From Carcharhinus amblyrhynchos (lineage: Eukaryota), in the NCBI GenBank assembly GCA_965287045.1, contig OZ336887.1, forward strand, positions 27,838,001 to 27,902,000: 64,000 bases of DNA. Reading direction: 5' to 3'. The translations under genes were made by a program, and so were the position numbers. The notes below the pieces were generated by a model. The model was not told the DNA's origin, ran no database searches, and saw nothing but the letters and a program-made list of their open reading frames with translations. The number at the start of each line of letters is the position of its first letter. Position 1 is the stretch's first letter. Shown here one piece after another: positions 1 through 11,827 of this stretch.

Positions 1-78
1 TCAGGCATTCAAATTGTGTCCTGTATTCTCAGGTCTAGTGCCCAGTTTTTTGATCCCAATCCAGGCGTGCAGAGACGG

Positions 79-210
79 GTGGCCTACATGTGACTCGAGA
101 GCCAGAGCAATAGGATTGACTCTCAACTTTGAACAGGGGAATCTAGGAATGGCCGATAAATGCTGGCCAGCCAGTGATATCCATATCTTATGAATGAATG
201 AATAAAAAAA
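79..210 (+). mobile_element. 3' fragment of tRNA-derived SINE (same family as 50820-51148)
   Basis: ggcctacatgtgactc...ataaatgctggccagccag...(gaat)n-A tail; matches the reverse complement of 50820-50935. Confidence 0.7.
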
Positions 211-689
211 AGATGCTCCTGACAGTTGATTTTGACAGGTCCATTGACAGTTTCAATTAGCTTGATAGTAATGAGTTTAAACACATCACGATCACACATT
301 TATGCCTAATTTTAACAATTGCAAAGGGCACCTTGTCTCCCTCAACAGCTTCCTGGGACCTGATCCAAAGGAGGTACCTTAGCTCATCAAATAAATCCAC
401 AGAGTTGAGATCTGCTTTTACTTGGCCTGGTCTGCACACCTCAGATTTCACATTCCTGACTTACCAAAATCCCACTGCAGTGGGGTAGCTGATGATTTAA
501 ATTGCCAATTGTTCATAAAATATGCATGCATGAAATGTACCACACTCCATTCCTCCCCCTGGAAAAACAGGAATTGCTGTGTTCAGGGGTGGACCTTATA
601 ATTTTTGGCCACTTCCACCATTTTTGCCGCAATGGAGTTTTTAATAAAAAGAGCAATGTTTCTATTATGAACTTCTGGAGAACACCACT

Positions 690-965
690 GTGCCTTCCTT
701 CAATTGCATACCATTACTTTGTGTTTCCAGTTCCTTAGAGAAGTTTGTATCCATAGAGCTACTGCACCTTTAATCCCATGGGCCAACATATCTATGATCT
801 GGTATTTTGTTAAACCGCTTTTGAAAGTTACATATACAACTTCAACCACATCGTCCTCATAAACTCTACCTTTTTCTTCTTCAAAAACCTCAATCAAATT
901 AATCAAACACAATTTGCTTTTAAAATATCCATACTGACTTTCATTTGTTAACCCACACATTTCCA
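690..965 (-). mobile_element. CR1-clade LINE reverse-transcriptase fragment (decayed)
   Basis: ORF 700..966 reads SQYGYFKSKLCLINLIEVFEE...VEVVYVTF, matching the CR1 RT motif SQHGFVKGKSCLTNLLEFFEE seen in other copies in this window. Confidence 0.85.
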
Positions 966-1093
966 AGTCTCAGTTGTGCATGTCCCGATCACCAATGTCC
1001 TGGATTATCGTTGTCGATTTATCCCTATCCATGTTTATAATTAGGAATGTAATGTTTGCAATCCTCCACTCCTTTGTTGTCAACAGCTGAGAT

Positions 1094-2030
1094 ATGAATA
1101 TTCAAAGGTTTTTGGCATTTCAGAAGGAAAAGAGAAAGAGATGGGATAGCTCAGTTCATAAAGGAGTTACCAATACAGTAATGAGAAATGATCTTGGTTC
1201 AGAAGATGAAATTGTTGAACCAGTTTGGATAGAGATAAGAAAGATCAAAGAAAATAAGTCACGGTGGGAGATATATGTAGGCCCCCGACAGTAGCCTGGA
1301 TGCTATGGTCCCAAGGGATTGGGGTGACCTTCTATGTGAATCACAACAAATTAACACAAAGGTACAGCAATTAATTGGGAAGAAAAATGGAATGTTGGCC
1401 TTTATGGCAGGGAAATGGAGTATGAAAATAGGTAAGTGTTGCTACATCAGGGCATTGGTGAGACTGCATCTGGAGCACAGTTTTGGTCTCCTTACCTAAG
1501 GAAGGATATACTTGTATTAGAAGCAGTTCAGAGAAGGTTCACTTAGCTGATTCCTGGGATGAAGAGGGGATGATCTTTTGAAGCATGTGCAATTTTGAGG
1601 CGTCTTGGCAGAATAGATACTGAGAGGGTATTTCTTCTTGTGGAGGAATCTAGAACTGGGGGCCCAATTTAAAAATAAGAGATCTCCCATTTAAAATGGA
1701 GATGAGAAGGAATTTAGTCTCTCAGAGTACCATTACTCTTTGGAATTGTCATTGACAGAGAGCAGTAGTGGCTAAGGGTGGAATTTTCCACTCCCCTCCC
1801 ATGGTGTGTTTTGTGGCATTGGCCAGTGGCAGGATCTTCTGATTCCGCTTATTCTGTCAATGAATTTTTCTGTTGTTCATACCCTCCCCTCCTGGGGAAC
1901 TTGGAGCAGGGGCAGGGGAGGGGGTTGCTCTTGGCCAGCCTTGATGACCCTGCCAATGGGAATGGCCAGAAAATTTCAGCCTAAGTCTTCAATTATGTTC
2001 AAGGTCGATTAGATTGAAGGGGCAACAGGC
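1094..2030 (+). mobile_element. Internally deleted CR1 LINE (endonuclease piece plus ORF2 C-terminus), interrupted by a MITE
   Basis: RNDLGSEDEIVEPVWIEIRK (endonuclease) and KVQQLIGKKNGMLAFMA...ALVRLHLEH (C-terminus); LINE sequence resumes after 1984. Confidence 0.8.
1776..1981. mobile_element. PIF/Harbinger-type MITE
   Basis: Imperfect TIRs GGGTGGAATTTTC / GAAAATTTCAGCC; flanked by TAA at 1773-1775 and 1982-1984 (3-bp TSD); cleanly interrupts a CR1. Confidence 0.75.
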
Positions 2031-2346
2031 AGACAAGAATAGATTCACAGTAAAGATTGAAGCCATTGCACATCTTCCTGCTCAGCAGCTTAACCAGCCA
2101 GTTTATCCTGTACTAAGACAATGACTGACTTACATTTGTCGGCCTTTAGCTGTGCCAGGTTTGTGCACAAACATCCCAGACTGCCCGCTGCCAGAAATGT
2201 TTTCTGAAGTTAAGGAACACTTAGGACTCACCATCCATCCTGTGCTGTTTAATGGAAATGATCCATTGCATCCAGGGCTGTACAGTAAGTGCCTCTGGTT
2301 TGGGACGTCGTCTCTCTATAGTTACTATTGCTACTTGGAGGAACGT

Positions 2347-2485
2347 ATGAACATAAGAACTAGAAGCAGGAGTAGGCCATCTGGTCCCTCGAGCCTGTTC
2401 CACCATTTAATAAGGTCATAACTGATCTTTTCGTGGACTCAGCCTGCCCGCTCACTGTAACCCTTAATTCTTTACTGTTCAAAAA
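2347..2485 (-). mobile_element. CR1/HER1-type LINE 3' end
   Basis: aacataagaactagaagcaggagtaggccat is the reverse complement of the CR1 tail at 36835-36867. Confidence 0.8.
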
Positions 2486-3334
2486 AGGGAAGCTTGCAAT
2501 CTCAAATGTGACCTCCACAATCCCATTGAAGGTCGCAACCATTCGTGTGGAAATCTTTGGAGTATGTAAAGCATCTTGAATGCAAGAAGGCTTATGAACA
2601 CTTCAAAGATAGTCATTAACCTTTGCAATGAAAGTCTATTTATGACCAGTATTGAACATACTTAGGGTGTAAAGCTTTAGTTAAAAAGGAAGGTTGGAAT
2701 CCTGTGATCAACAGGAAGAATAATATCGGAGACATCTTTGATATGAATCAAAGTAAGATAAAGTAAGACCATTTAAACATTGAAGTTTTTTTGTGTTCTT
2801 AGCAACAGAATCTTAAATGAAATAAAACATGATAAATATCAAAAGTACATGCACTTGCTTAACTAAAGAAGGTTAATAAAGAAAATACATGCACTAGATA
2901 TTATTATTGATGTGCTTACTGCTTCATTAGATTCCCCTTAAGAATTGCATTGAGGATATGGATCATTTGCAATAATAATTATACAGTGATCGATTGATTG
3001 TGTCTGACATTGTACTTGTCATTTTGAAATGTGAAATCCATCTATTATGGATTGTCTGCAGAGTTTTTGTATCATGCACACCAGCAACTGGGTAAGTGAT
3101 TATTATTTACACAGTAAGCATTTTATAGGCAGACTTTTATTGGCAGTGAAGTTCAGTTAACCCCTCCAGCTCCAAAGGTTGTGTTACTGATTTCTTGGTT
3201 TAAAGGTGTTTTCAAGCAGATGATATAAATGAGCATAATTGGGTCTTTACAAATGACTGCCCCATCTCCACCCTCCATTTCCTCTCCAAAGACAAGAACG
3301 CACTCATCCTTCTCAGAATTTCATGTTTGACCCC

Positions 3335-4130
3335 ATCCAACCAGGTTTCTCCCCCTCTACAGCATTGAAATTAATCTTATCAAATTAACAAATGACATCC
3401 TAAGTGACCATGAGAAAGGTAAACTATCTCTCCTAACCTTCATGACTGCTTTTAACCAGCTTTTAAGCTGGTTGACCACAACATCCTCTTCCGACACATC
3501 TTGTTCACCTCCATTTGGGTGGGACTGCACTTGTCTCCTTCCAGTCAAAGTCAGAAAATCACCTGGAAACGCTTTGCTTACACATCTCTGGTGCTCCCCC
3601 ACAATGATTTATCCTTGGCCTTTCTTCTATTTCTCATCTTCCCTCTCAGTAAATGGCAACATTATCAGAATACGCAGATTTGACATGTACGCTGATGACA
3701 CCCAGCTACCTTCTCACCACCACCTCCCTGATTCCCCCACAGTCTCTAATTTATCAGACATCTTGTCCACCATCTAGTACAGGGGATGGGCATACATTTT
3801 GTCTGACTAAATATTGGGAAGACTGAAGCCATTGTTTGAATCCCCACTGCAAAATCTGTTCCATAGCCATTAACTCCATTCCTTTCCTAGCCTCTATCTG
3901 AGGCTGAATCAAACTTTGTAAACTTGGTGTCATATTTGATCCTGCGATGAGTACTCAACCACATATCCATCTCCATAACTTCATCTGATTCGTCCCAATC
4001 CTAACTCACCCGCTGTTGAAACTCTCATCCAATGCTCTGTTACCTTTAGACTATTGTTTCTGGCCAACCCTGTGTAAACTTGAGGTCATCTAAAAATCTG
4101 CTGCCCATGTTCCAACAACTATCATGACCC
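3335..4130 (+). mobile_element. L2-clade LINE RT fragment (decayed)
   Basis: SIEINLIKLTNDILSDHEKGKLSLL (cf. STETALIKVTNDIL) and MYADDTQL catalytic motif; many frameshifts. Confidence 0.8.
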
Positions 4131-4319
4131 ACTTGTTCAATATTTCAAGGCCAGAGTGTCAGGGGATAGTGCACCTATGGCACTGCCAAGGTACATGGGC
4201 CAAAGGGTGGCCTGAGGCGGGGGGGGGGGGGGTGCTGGGGGGGCATAGGAGACCTGAAGGGAGTGTGAGTTGTATCAGGTCAACTTCATGATTGCACAGT
4301 GTGAGGGGTGGAGAGGTGA

Positions 4320-4905
4320 CCTGTTCCTGAATCCCGATTTACCACCTGTGCCTGAAACCAGACATCGCCTGTTCCTGAATCCCACTTACCGCCTGTGCTT
4401 GAATCCAGACTTACCGCCTGTGTCTGAATCCCGACTTACCGCCTGTTCCTGAATCCCACTTACCGCCTGTGCTTGAATCCAGACTTACCGCCTGTGTCTG
4501 AATCCCGACTTACCGCCTGTTCCTGAATCCCACTTACCGCCTGTGCTTGAATCCAGACTTACCGCCTGTGTCTGAATCCAGACTTACCGCCTGTTCCTGA
4601 ATCCCACTTACCGCCTGTGCTTGAATCCAGACTTACCGCCTGTGTCTGAATCCTGACTTACCGCCTGTGCTTGAATCCAGACTTACCGCCTGTGCCTGAA
4701 ACCAGACTTATCGCCTGTTCCTGAATCCCACTTACCGCCTGTGCTTGAATCTAGACTTACCGCCTGTGTCTGAATCCCGACTTACCGCCTGTGCGTGAAT
4801 CCAGACTTACCGCCTGTTCCTGAATCCCACTTACTGCCTGTGTCTGAATCCTGACTTACTGCCTGTGCCTGAATCCTGACTTACCACCTGTGCCTGAATC
4901 CAGAC
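4320..4905. repeat. Minisatellite, 24/25-bp unit (about 23-24 copies) with 74-bp higher-order trimer
   Basis: Unit cc(a/c)gacttaccgcctgtg(t/c)ctgaat; trimers start at 4381, 4455, 4529 and 4603. Confidence 0.97.
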
Positions 4906-5845
4906 AAAACCTGGAGTTTTATTTCGCTTAGATTGGGAATTGCCTTGGGATTTATGTTGTGTTTGTGGTCTAATTGTAGAGAAATGACTTCAGAGCCCCA
5001 TTCTGCTGTCATGTAAATTCATCCTTCCTCAACAGTTGCGAACTATTCTTTTTAATTATTTTTGACATCTTGAACTTCCCTTTTTGAAGACATGAGAGGA
5101 GTAACTAGTTCCAGTGAAACATCTTTATGCTGCCCCGAGTTCTAAATATTTAATAGCAGCGTCACCTAGATGTCACCGTATTGGATACATTTGATTACAT
5201 CCACGCATTCATTTTATCTGAGACATTTTCCTGCTTCAATTTTTATCCCTGTCGAGTTTAACCGCAAGTCTTGCTTGGAATTCAGCACTAATTGTTGCCA
5301 ACCTGCTCCGCAATAATGTACAATATTACGAAATTGTGTATTAAAAATAAACCAATGCTGTATTGATTTGAAAATTACTCTTCTAACAGCCACTAACAGC
5401 ACATGACAAATCAATCTATTACATAGGAATTACGAAAAGATTTGGCATTTTGTACTTCACTAGGCATGACTGGTCGATTGTAACATATAGCATGGCATTA
5501 TTTCCCCACAGTACACTTGAAATACCATATTCCCACACAAAGCCCATCTCTAATCCATCTGTTTTATGTGCCATATTCAGCTTCTGCCAACAGAACTCTT
5601 CCTTGAAAGAAATTATACGCGTTCTTTTTTTTGAACGCAAACAGTGTTTGTAGTTCTATTGTACATCAAGCTGGATGGAAATGTTACCACTATCTTTTCT
5701 GTGACATGATTCTCTTGATACATATTGGCTAAAAAAAAACACACTGACTTCTTTCAGCCTCTAATCGGTTTGTAATGTGGAAAATTAGAACCTTTACTCT
5801 GAGGAAATGTTAACATGTGCATCATTTAGAGAGAATCAACACTAT

Positions 5846-6061
5846 GGTCAGAATTCTCCAGCTGTTCACACCGGCCAGTTTCTCCGGTCCCGCCGGCAAA
5901 GTGTGTTCGCTAGCGGGTTTGCTGCCAGCAAAGAGTGACGTCAATGGGAATTCCCATTGACAGCGGCGGGACTGGAGAGTGCCATCGCTAGCAAACAACG
6001 CACCATCTCCCACCGGTGGGAAACACACAGCTGGGAGGCCTGCGACTTTGAAATTCTGGGT
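5846..6061. mobile_element. MITE-like non-autonomous DNA transposon with central palindrome
   Basis: Ends ggtcagaattctcc / gaaattctggg; perfect 22-bp palindrome gtcaatgggaattcccattgac at 5940-5961. Confidence 0.7.
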
Positions 6062-6118
6062 GTCTGCTATGTACAATCAAGGCACCTCAATCAGATAGTG
6101 CAGCTTTAGGAAAGATAT

Positions 6119-6330
6119 GAGCGGAATTTTCCAGCTCCCCTTGTTGCGGACTGGTGAGCTGTTGAAACCTCCATTCACATCAGCAGGACAGGAAGATCCC
6201 ACCAGCATGAAGTGCTGGAAATTTTGTCTGAGATTTTCCGGCGATGGGAATTTTGGCAACCCAGCCAGAAGTCTTTTGACATTTGACTGGACAGAATGAT
6301 CTCAATGGCAGGTAGGATTGGAAAATTCCA
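6119..6330. mobile_element. MITE-like element (decayed)
   Basis: Ends gcggaattttcca / tggaaaattcc resemble the TIRs of other MITEs in the window. Confidence 0.55.
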
Positions 6331-7159
6331 ACCATTGGCTAGATTCCAAAATTCAAATAGGTTCCTGTCGGATTTTTAAGAAGTGATATGGTGCAATATA
6401 ATCCAGAAAACATGGTATAACCAAAATATCTAAAATATGCCAGTTTGTTATATATAAGTATTATATATATATAATGCTTAAGTGTGTGTATGAGTAGATA
6501 CAGTATTACGAAAGGCTTTATACCATATTTTCTGACTCATGTTTTGATCTTCTATTTTACTGCTAGTTTTGTGTGTAGCTGATCGAATTTTATAATTTCA
6601 TACCACATTAGCTTTATGTAGTTACCACAGGATTTAACATTTCATTCCTAGTTCGTTTTAGACGATGCAAATGTAGGATTTTGCTCTAAGCAGTGAATGT
6701 AGGGCACCAACCATTCATTAGACTTACATTTACCCATTGGCTTCCAATGGATTTTGCAAGTCAACCTCCTCTTAGCTACTATTGAAGAGGCTGAATGTGT
6801 ATCTTTTTGATGATTAAATTGAAAGAATTCTAGATGAGTAGTGCTAAATCTGAACCAAGAGGTGTTAGTTTGAACAATGGCCTGGAGTTTGTGGTCACAA
6901 GTAAAGCCAGGATTCGGGACTGATGATGGATTAAGCTTCATTGAGTGATCTTGTGATCTCTCTGGTAAGAATTTAGAATTTAACTCTTTCCATTGTGCAG
7001 TGGTCTTTACTGGGTAATTCACATCATGGGACAGCACTGATGTCATCAGGCTGTCCAAACAGCCAACCAAATGAAAGAATTCTCACAGACAGAAAACAAA
7101 GACAATCAAATGACACATTTTCAATCTTTTTGCAGAAATCAAATCAAAAATTTACAAAG

Positions 7160-7440
7160 AAACATATAAGATAGGAGCAGGAAGAAGCCATTCAAGTCTA
7201 CTCTGCCATTCATTAGGGTCATGGCTTATCATCAAACTCAATAGCCTAATCCTGCTTTTTCCCCTAACCTTTGATTCCATTCGCCCCAAAGTGCTATATC
7301 CAGTCGGACCTTGAATACGTACAATGTTTGGTATCAACTACTTCTTGTGGTAATGAATTCCACAAGCTCACCACTCTTTGGGTGAAGAAATGTCTCCTCA
7401 CCTCCGTCCTAAATGGTCTACCCTGAGTCCTCAGACTGTG
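7160..7440 (-). mobile_element. CR1 LINE 3' end
   Basis: aagataggagcagga...gccattcaag tail and aagaaatgtctcctcacctccgtcctaaatgg (reverse of the F.TE.RR.FF motif). Confidence 0.8.
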
Positions 7441-8214
7441 TATGTTCCTAAGGTGAAGGTAGAAACTAAAATATCCTGGAAATACTTAAAAAGCATTATT
7501 AGTAGAAACTTTTTGGGCAAGGAGAAAATCTACCAGTTAATCATTTAACAGCGCTCATAACACCAAATTTTCAGGACCAGCTATGTTGTTCATCATGTTT
7601 TATGAATCAAATGGGGATTAAAAACTTGCATCTGATTGAACAATGCAACTTCTGGAATGATTTATAACAATGGATGGGAACAGGAATGTTGAAATTCTCG
7701 CTCATTTCGTGATTTCTGGCTCTGTAGGCCCACAGCATAGCCCATGGCAAAACCCTGAGCAATTTCAGGATTTGTCCGCTAATCTGCAAATGTCAGACAT
7801 CCTCCAGTCAGTCTCAGAAAGTTACTCATGGCAAATCCTGACAGTTTACCATCGCCCTCGTGGCAAAACCCAGCCCATTAAACTCAATGTCAAACCATTA
7901 GCAGAAGATAAAAGAAAGAGAGGGAGTGACGTATTTGTATGAGAGAGAGGTAGAGGAGACAGAACATGTTATTTTACATTGTTATTATTTTAAAATCTTA
8001 AACAATGATTAAAAACAGAACAAATGAGACTCCACTTTATAAAAATTTAGCACCAGGGAAGATTAATTGGCAATAATTAAAACTTCGATCATTGTTAAAA
8101 TAATATTTGGGTGGGAATGGATGAGTTGTAACTTTTTGTGGCAAGTATGGCCCAAATCGTGAGGTCAGATTTGAATGTTAACACTGTTTGATGAATCTGA
8201 ATGTTGAGCCAGAA

Positions 8215-8430
8215 GGGTTGATTTTCCAGTCCCCTGCCACTCATGGCATGTTTTACGATGGTGGTGGAGGCTCAGCTTTGGCCACTGGTGGGATCTCCCT
8301 GTCCCCTTGATGTCCATGGTGTTTTGTGTGGCTTGCCTGTCTGTTACCAGGGAATCCACCATGGGAGGGGCCACTTTCGGTGGGATCAGAAGACCGCCTC
8401 TCCAGCAGGAAGGGCTGGAAAATCCCATCC
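8215..8430. mobile_element. MITE-like element
   Basis: TIR-like ends gggttgattttccagtccc / gggctggaaaatcccatcc. Confidence 0.65.
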
Positions 8431-9469
8431 AGAAAATGAAATGTCGTTCTCATCCTGTTCTTCAAGGAGCACGGCATCACAGGCAGAATCTTTCAGATAT
8501 CTACATTCAGTTGTGCATATGCAGTCTCTGGAAGATGCTGTCAAAGTTGCACATGAATAGTAGTGAGTGATGTTCGCCTCACTATAATTTTTACAGCAAA
8601 TTTCAGCCCAATATCTTAGCTGAAGGGGCTAACCTTCCACAGGAATGCTGCTGCAGTCTAAGGCAATTATGGATCATCATTTGAAATGAGTAGAATTAGA
8701 GACTGCTCTCAACTTACAGAGAGCACATCAGGGCCAGGAATCTGTCTTCTGTGCAATCAGAATTGTACAGAGGTGGATTTTCTTATATTTAAATGCTGTA
8801 GTATTCCTCTCATTATCCTGCTCTTTTCTGAAAGTAAAATTAGACAACAGCAGAATTCAGCCCCCACCTTTTCCTGAGGGACCTTGCAAAATACAGTGGA
8901 ACGTTTAATATGAAGCCCTGGAGAAGAGTGGCATAGGAATGGAAGATGAAGTCTGGTAAAGTTTCACGGCTTTGAATGACAGCTTAGCTAAGTATATTTT
9001 ATAACTTCAACTTTAGCAACTAGTTTTGTGATACTCCAGCTGAGTATAAGAAGAGCTGCTTTTACTCTCAAAGGTGCACCCAGGTTGATGGGTGAATCAG
9101 TGATGTATGGAGATGGTTGCACAAACAATTGCAATGATATTCCTGAAATTTCTATTCAAGTTTCTATTCAAGATTCAAAGTGGAAGATGCAAACAAATGT
9201 TGCAGTGACATAATTAGGTGAGCGTTATAACTTCATTCTGTCTGTTTGCAAACCTTTACCAAATGATAATCTCACAAGTGTGTTTTTCTCAAAAAGCTAA
9301 TTTCTCTTCCTGAATGTAAAGAAGTATTTCAAAAATGTTCCAGATGATGGCAGCCTGATGGAAATGACTTCTGAGAGGGCCTTTGCACTTAAAATAATTG
9401 GAGCCCTCTTTAGTTTCTAGACATATGGTTCAAGTTCTGCAATTGAAGAAATATTTTACTCTCTTATTT

Positions 9470-11827
9470 CGGCTAAAATTCTCCAAACTCATCCCCCCAG
9501 CTGGGACTCTCCAAACTCGCCCCCCCCGCAGCTGGGACTCTCCAAACTCGCCCCCCCCGCAGCTGGGACTCTCCGAACTCACCCCCAGCTGGGACTCTCC
9601 AAACTCGCCCCCAGCTGGGACTCTCCGAACTCGCCCCCAGCTGGGACTCTCCGAACTCGTCCCCCCAGCTGGGACTCTCCGAACTCGCCCCCCCCCAGCT
9701 GGGACTCTCCGAACTCGCCCCCCCCCAGCTGGGTCTCTCCGAACTCGTCCCCCCAGCTGGGACTCTCCGAACTCGCCCCCCCAGCTGGGACTCTCCAAAC
9801 TCGCCCCCCCCCAGCTGGGACTCTCCGAACTCGCCCCCAGCTGGGACTCTCCAAACTCGCCCCCCCCCAGTTGGGACTCTCCGAATTCGCCCCCCCAGCT
9901 GGGACTCTCCGAATTCGCCCCCAGCTGGGACTCTCCAAACTCGCCCCCCCCCAGCTGGGACTCTCCGAACTCGCCCCCAGCTGGGACTCTCCGAACTCGC
10001 CCCCCCAGCTGGGACTCTCCGAACTCGCCCCCCAGCTGGGACTCTCCGAACTCGCCCCCAGCTGGGACTCTCCGAACTCGCCCCCAGCTGGGACTCTCCG
10101 AACTCGCCCCCCCAGCTGGGACTCTCCGAACTCGCCCCCCAGCTGGGACTCTCCGAACTCGCCCCCAGCTGGGACTCTCCGAACTCGCCCCCCCCCAGCT
10201 GGGACTCTCCGAACTCGCCCCCCCCCAGCTGGGACTCTCCGAACTCGCCCCCAGCTGGGACTCTCCGAACTCGCCCCCCCCCAGCTGGGACTCTCCGAAT
10301 TCGCCCCCCAGCTGGGACTCTCCGAACTCGCCCCCCCAGCTGGGACTCTCCGAACTCGCCCCCCCAGCTGGGACTCTCCGAACTCGCCCCCAGCTGGGAC
10401 TCTCCAAACTCGCCCCCAGTTGGGACTCTCCGAACTCGCCCCCCCAGCTGGGACTCTCCGAACTCGCCCCCAGCTGGGACTCTCCGAACTCGCCCCCAGC
10501 TGGGACTCTCCGAACTCGCCCCCAGCTGGGACTCTCCGAACTCGCCCCCAGCTGGGACTCTCCGAACTCGCCCCCCCCCAGCTGGGACTCTCCGAACTCG
10601 CCCCCCCCCAGCTGGGACTCTCCGAACTCGCCCCCAGCTGGGACTCTCCGAATTCGCCCCCCAGCTGGGACTCTCCGAACTCGCCCCCAGCTGGGACTCT
10701 CCGAATTCGCCCCCCCAGCTGGGACTCTCCGAACTCGCCCCCCCAGCTGGGACTCTCCGAACTCGCCCCCCCAGCTGGGACTCTCCGAACTCGCCCCCCC
10801 AGCTGGGACTCTCCGAACTCGCCCCCAGCTGGGACTCTCCGAACTCGCCCCCCCAGCTGGGACTCTCCGAACTCGCCCCCCCAGCTGGGACTCTCCGAAC
10901 TCGCCCCCCCCCAGCTGGGACTCTCCGAACTCGCCCCCCCCCAGCTGGGACTCTCCGAACTCGCCCCCCCAGCTGGGACTCTCCGAACTCGCCCCCAGCT
11001 GGGACTCTCCGAATTCGCCCCCCCAGCTGGGACTCTCCGAACTCGCCCCCCCAGCTGGGACTCTCCGAACTCGCCCCCCCAGCTGGGACTCTCCGAACTC
11101 GCCCCCCCAGCTGGGACTCTCCGAACTCGCCCCCAGCTGGGACTCTCCGAACTCGCCCCCAGCTGGGACTCTCCGAACTCGCCCCCCCAGCTGGGACTCT
11201 CCGAACTCGCCCCCCCAGCTGGGACTCTCCGAACTCGCCCCCCCAGCTGGGACTCTCCGAACTCGCCCCCAGCTGGGACTCTCCGAACTCGCCCCCAGCT
11301 GGGACTCTCCGAACTCGCCCCCCCAGCTGGGACTCTCCGAACTCGCCCCCCCAGCTGGGACTCTCCGAACTCGCCCCCAGCTGGGACTCTCCGAACTCGC
11401 CCCCCCAGCTGGGACTCTCCGAACTTGCCCCCAGCTGGGACTCTCCGAACTCGCCCCCCCAGCTGGGACTCTCCGAATTCGCCCCCCAGCTGGGACTCTC
11501 CGAACTCGCCCCCCCAGCTGGGACTCTCCGAACTCGCCCCCCCAGCTGGGACTCTCCGAACTCGCTCCCCCAGCTGGGACTCTCCGAACTCGCCCCCAGC
11601 TGGGACTCTCCGAACTCGCCCCCAGCTGGGACTCTCCGAACTCGCCCCCAGCTGGGACTCTCCGAACTCGCCCCCAGTTGGGACTCTCCGAACTCGCCCC
11701 CAGCTGGGACTCTCCGAACTCGCCCGCTGTTGGGGGTCTCCTGTCCTACTGCAGTGAACAGAGTTTTGGCTGAGCGCCAAATTTTCCGTTCTCACTGGCA
11801 GGCAAATGAAATTAGAGAATCCCTCCC
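9470..11827 (+). mobile_element. MITE expanded by an internal minisatellite
   Basis: Starts ggctaaaattctcc; after the array continues ctgcagtgaacagagttttggctgagcgccaaattttccg...gagaatccctccc, matching the short copies at 18124-18257 and 61519-61654. Confidence 0.75.
9479..11724. repeat. Minisatellite CTCTCCGAACTCG-C(5-9)-AGCTGGGA, 26-30-bp unit, roughly 80 copies
   Basis: Directly visible and highly homogeneous; variants CCAAAC, GAATTC and AGTTGG. Confidence 0.99.

Noticed and set aside
6648-7070. 140-aa minus-strand ORF
   Set aside because: Non-ATG start, no recognisable domain, and a length plausible by chance in 64 kb.
9479-11724. CRISPR-like regular repeat
   Set aside because: No unique spacers, no cas genes and a vertebrate context. 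It is a head-to-tail minisatellite, and the same applies to 4320-4905.
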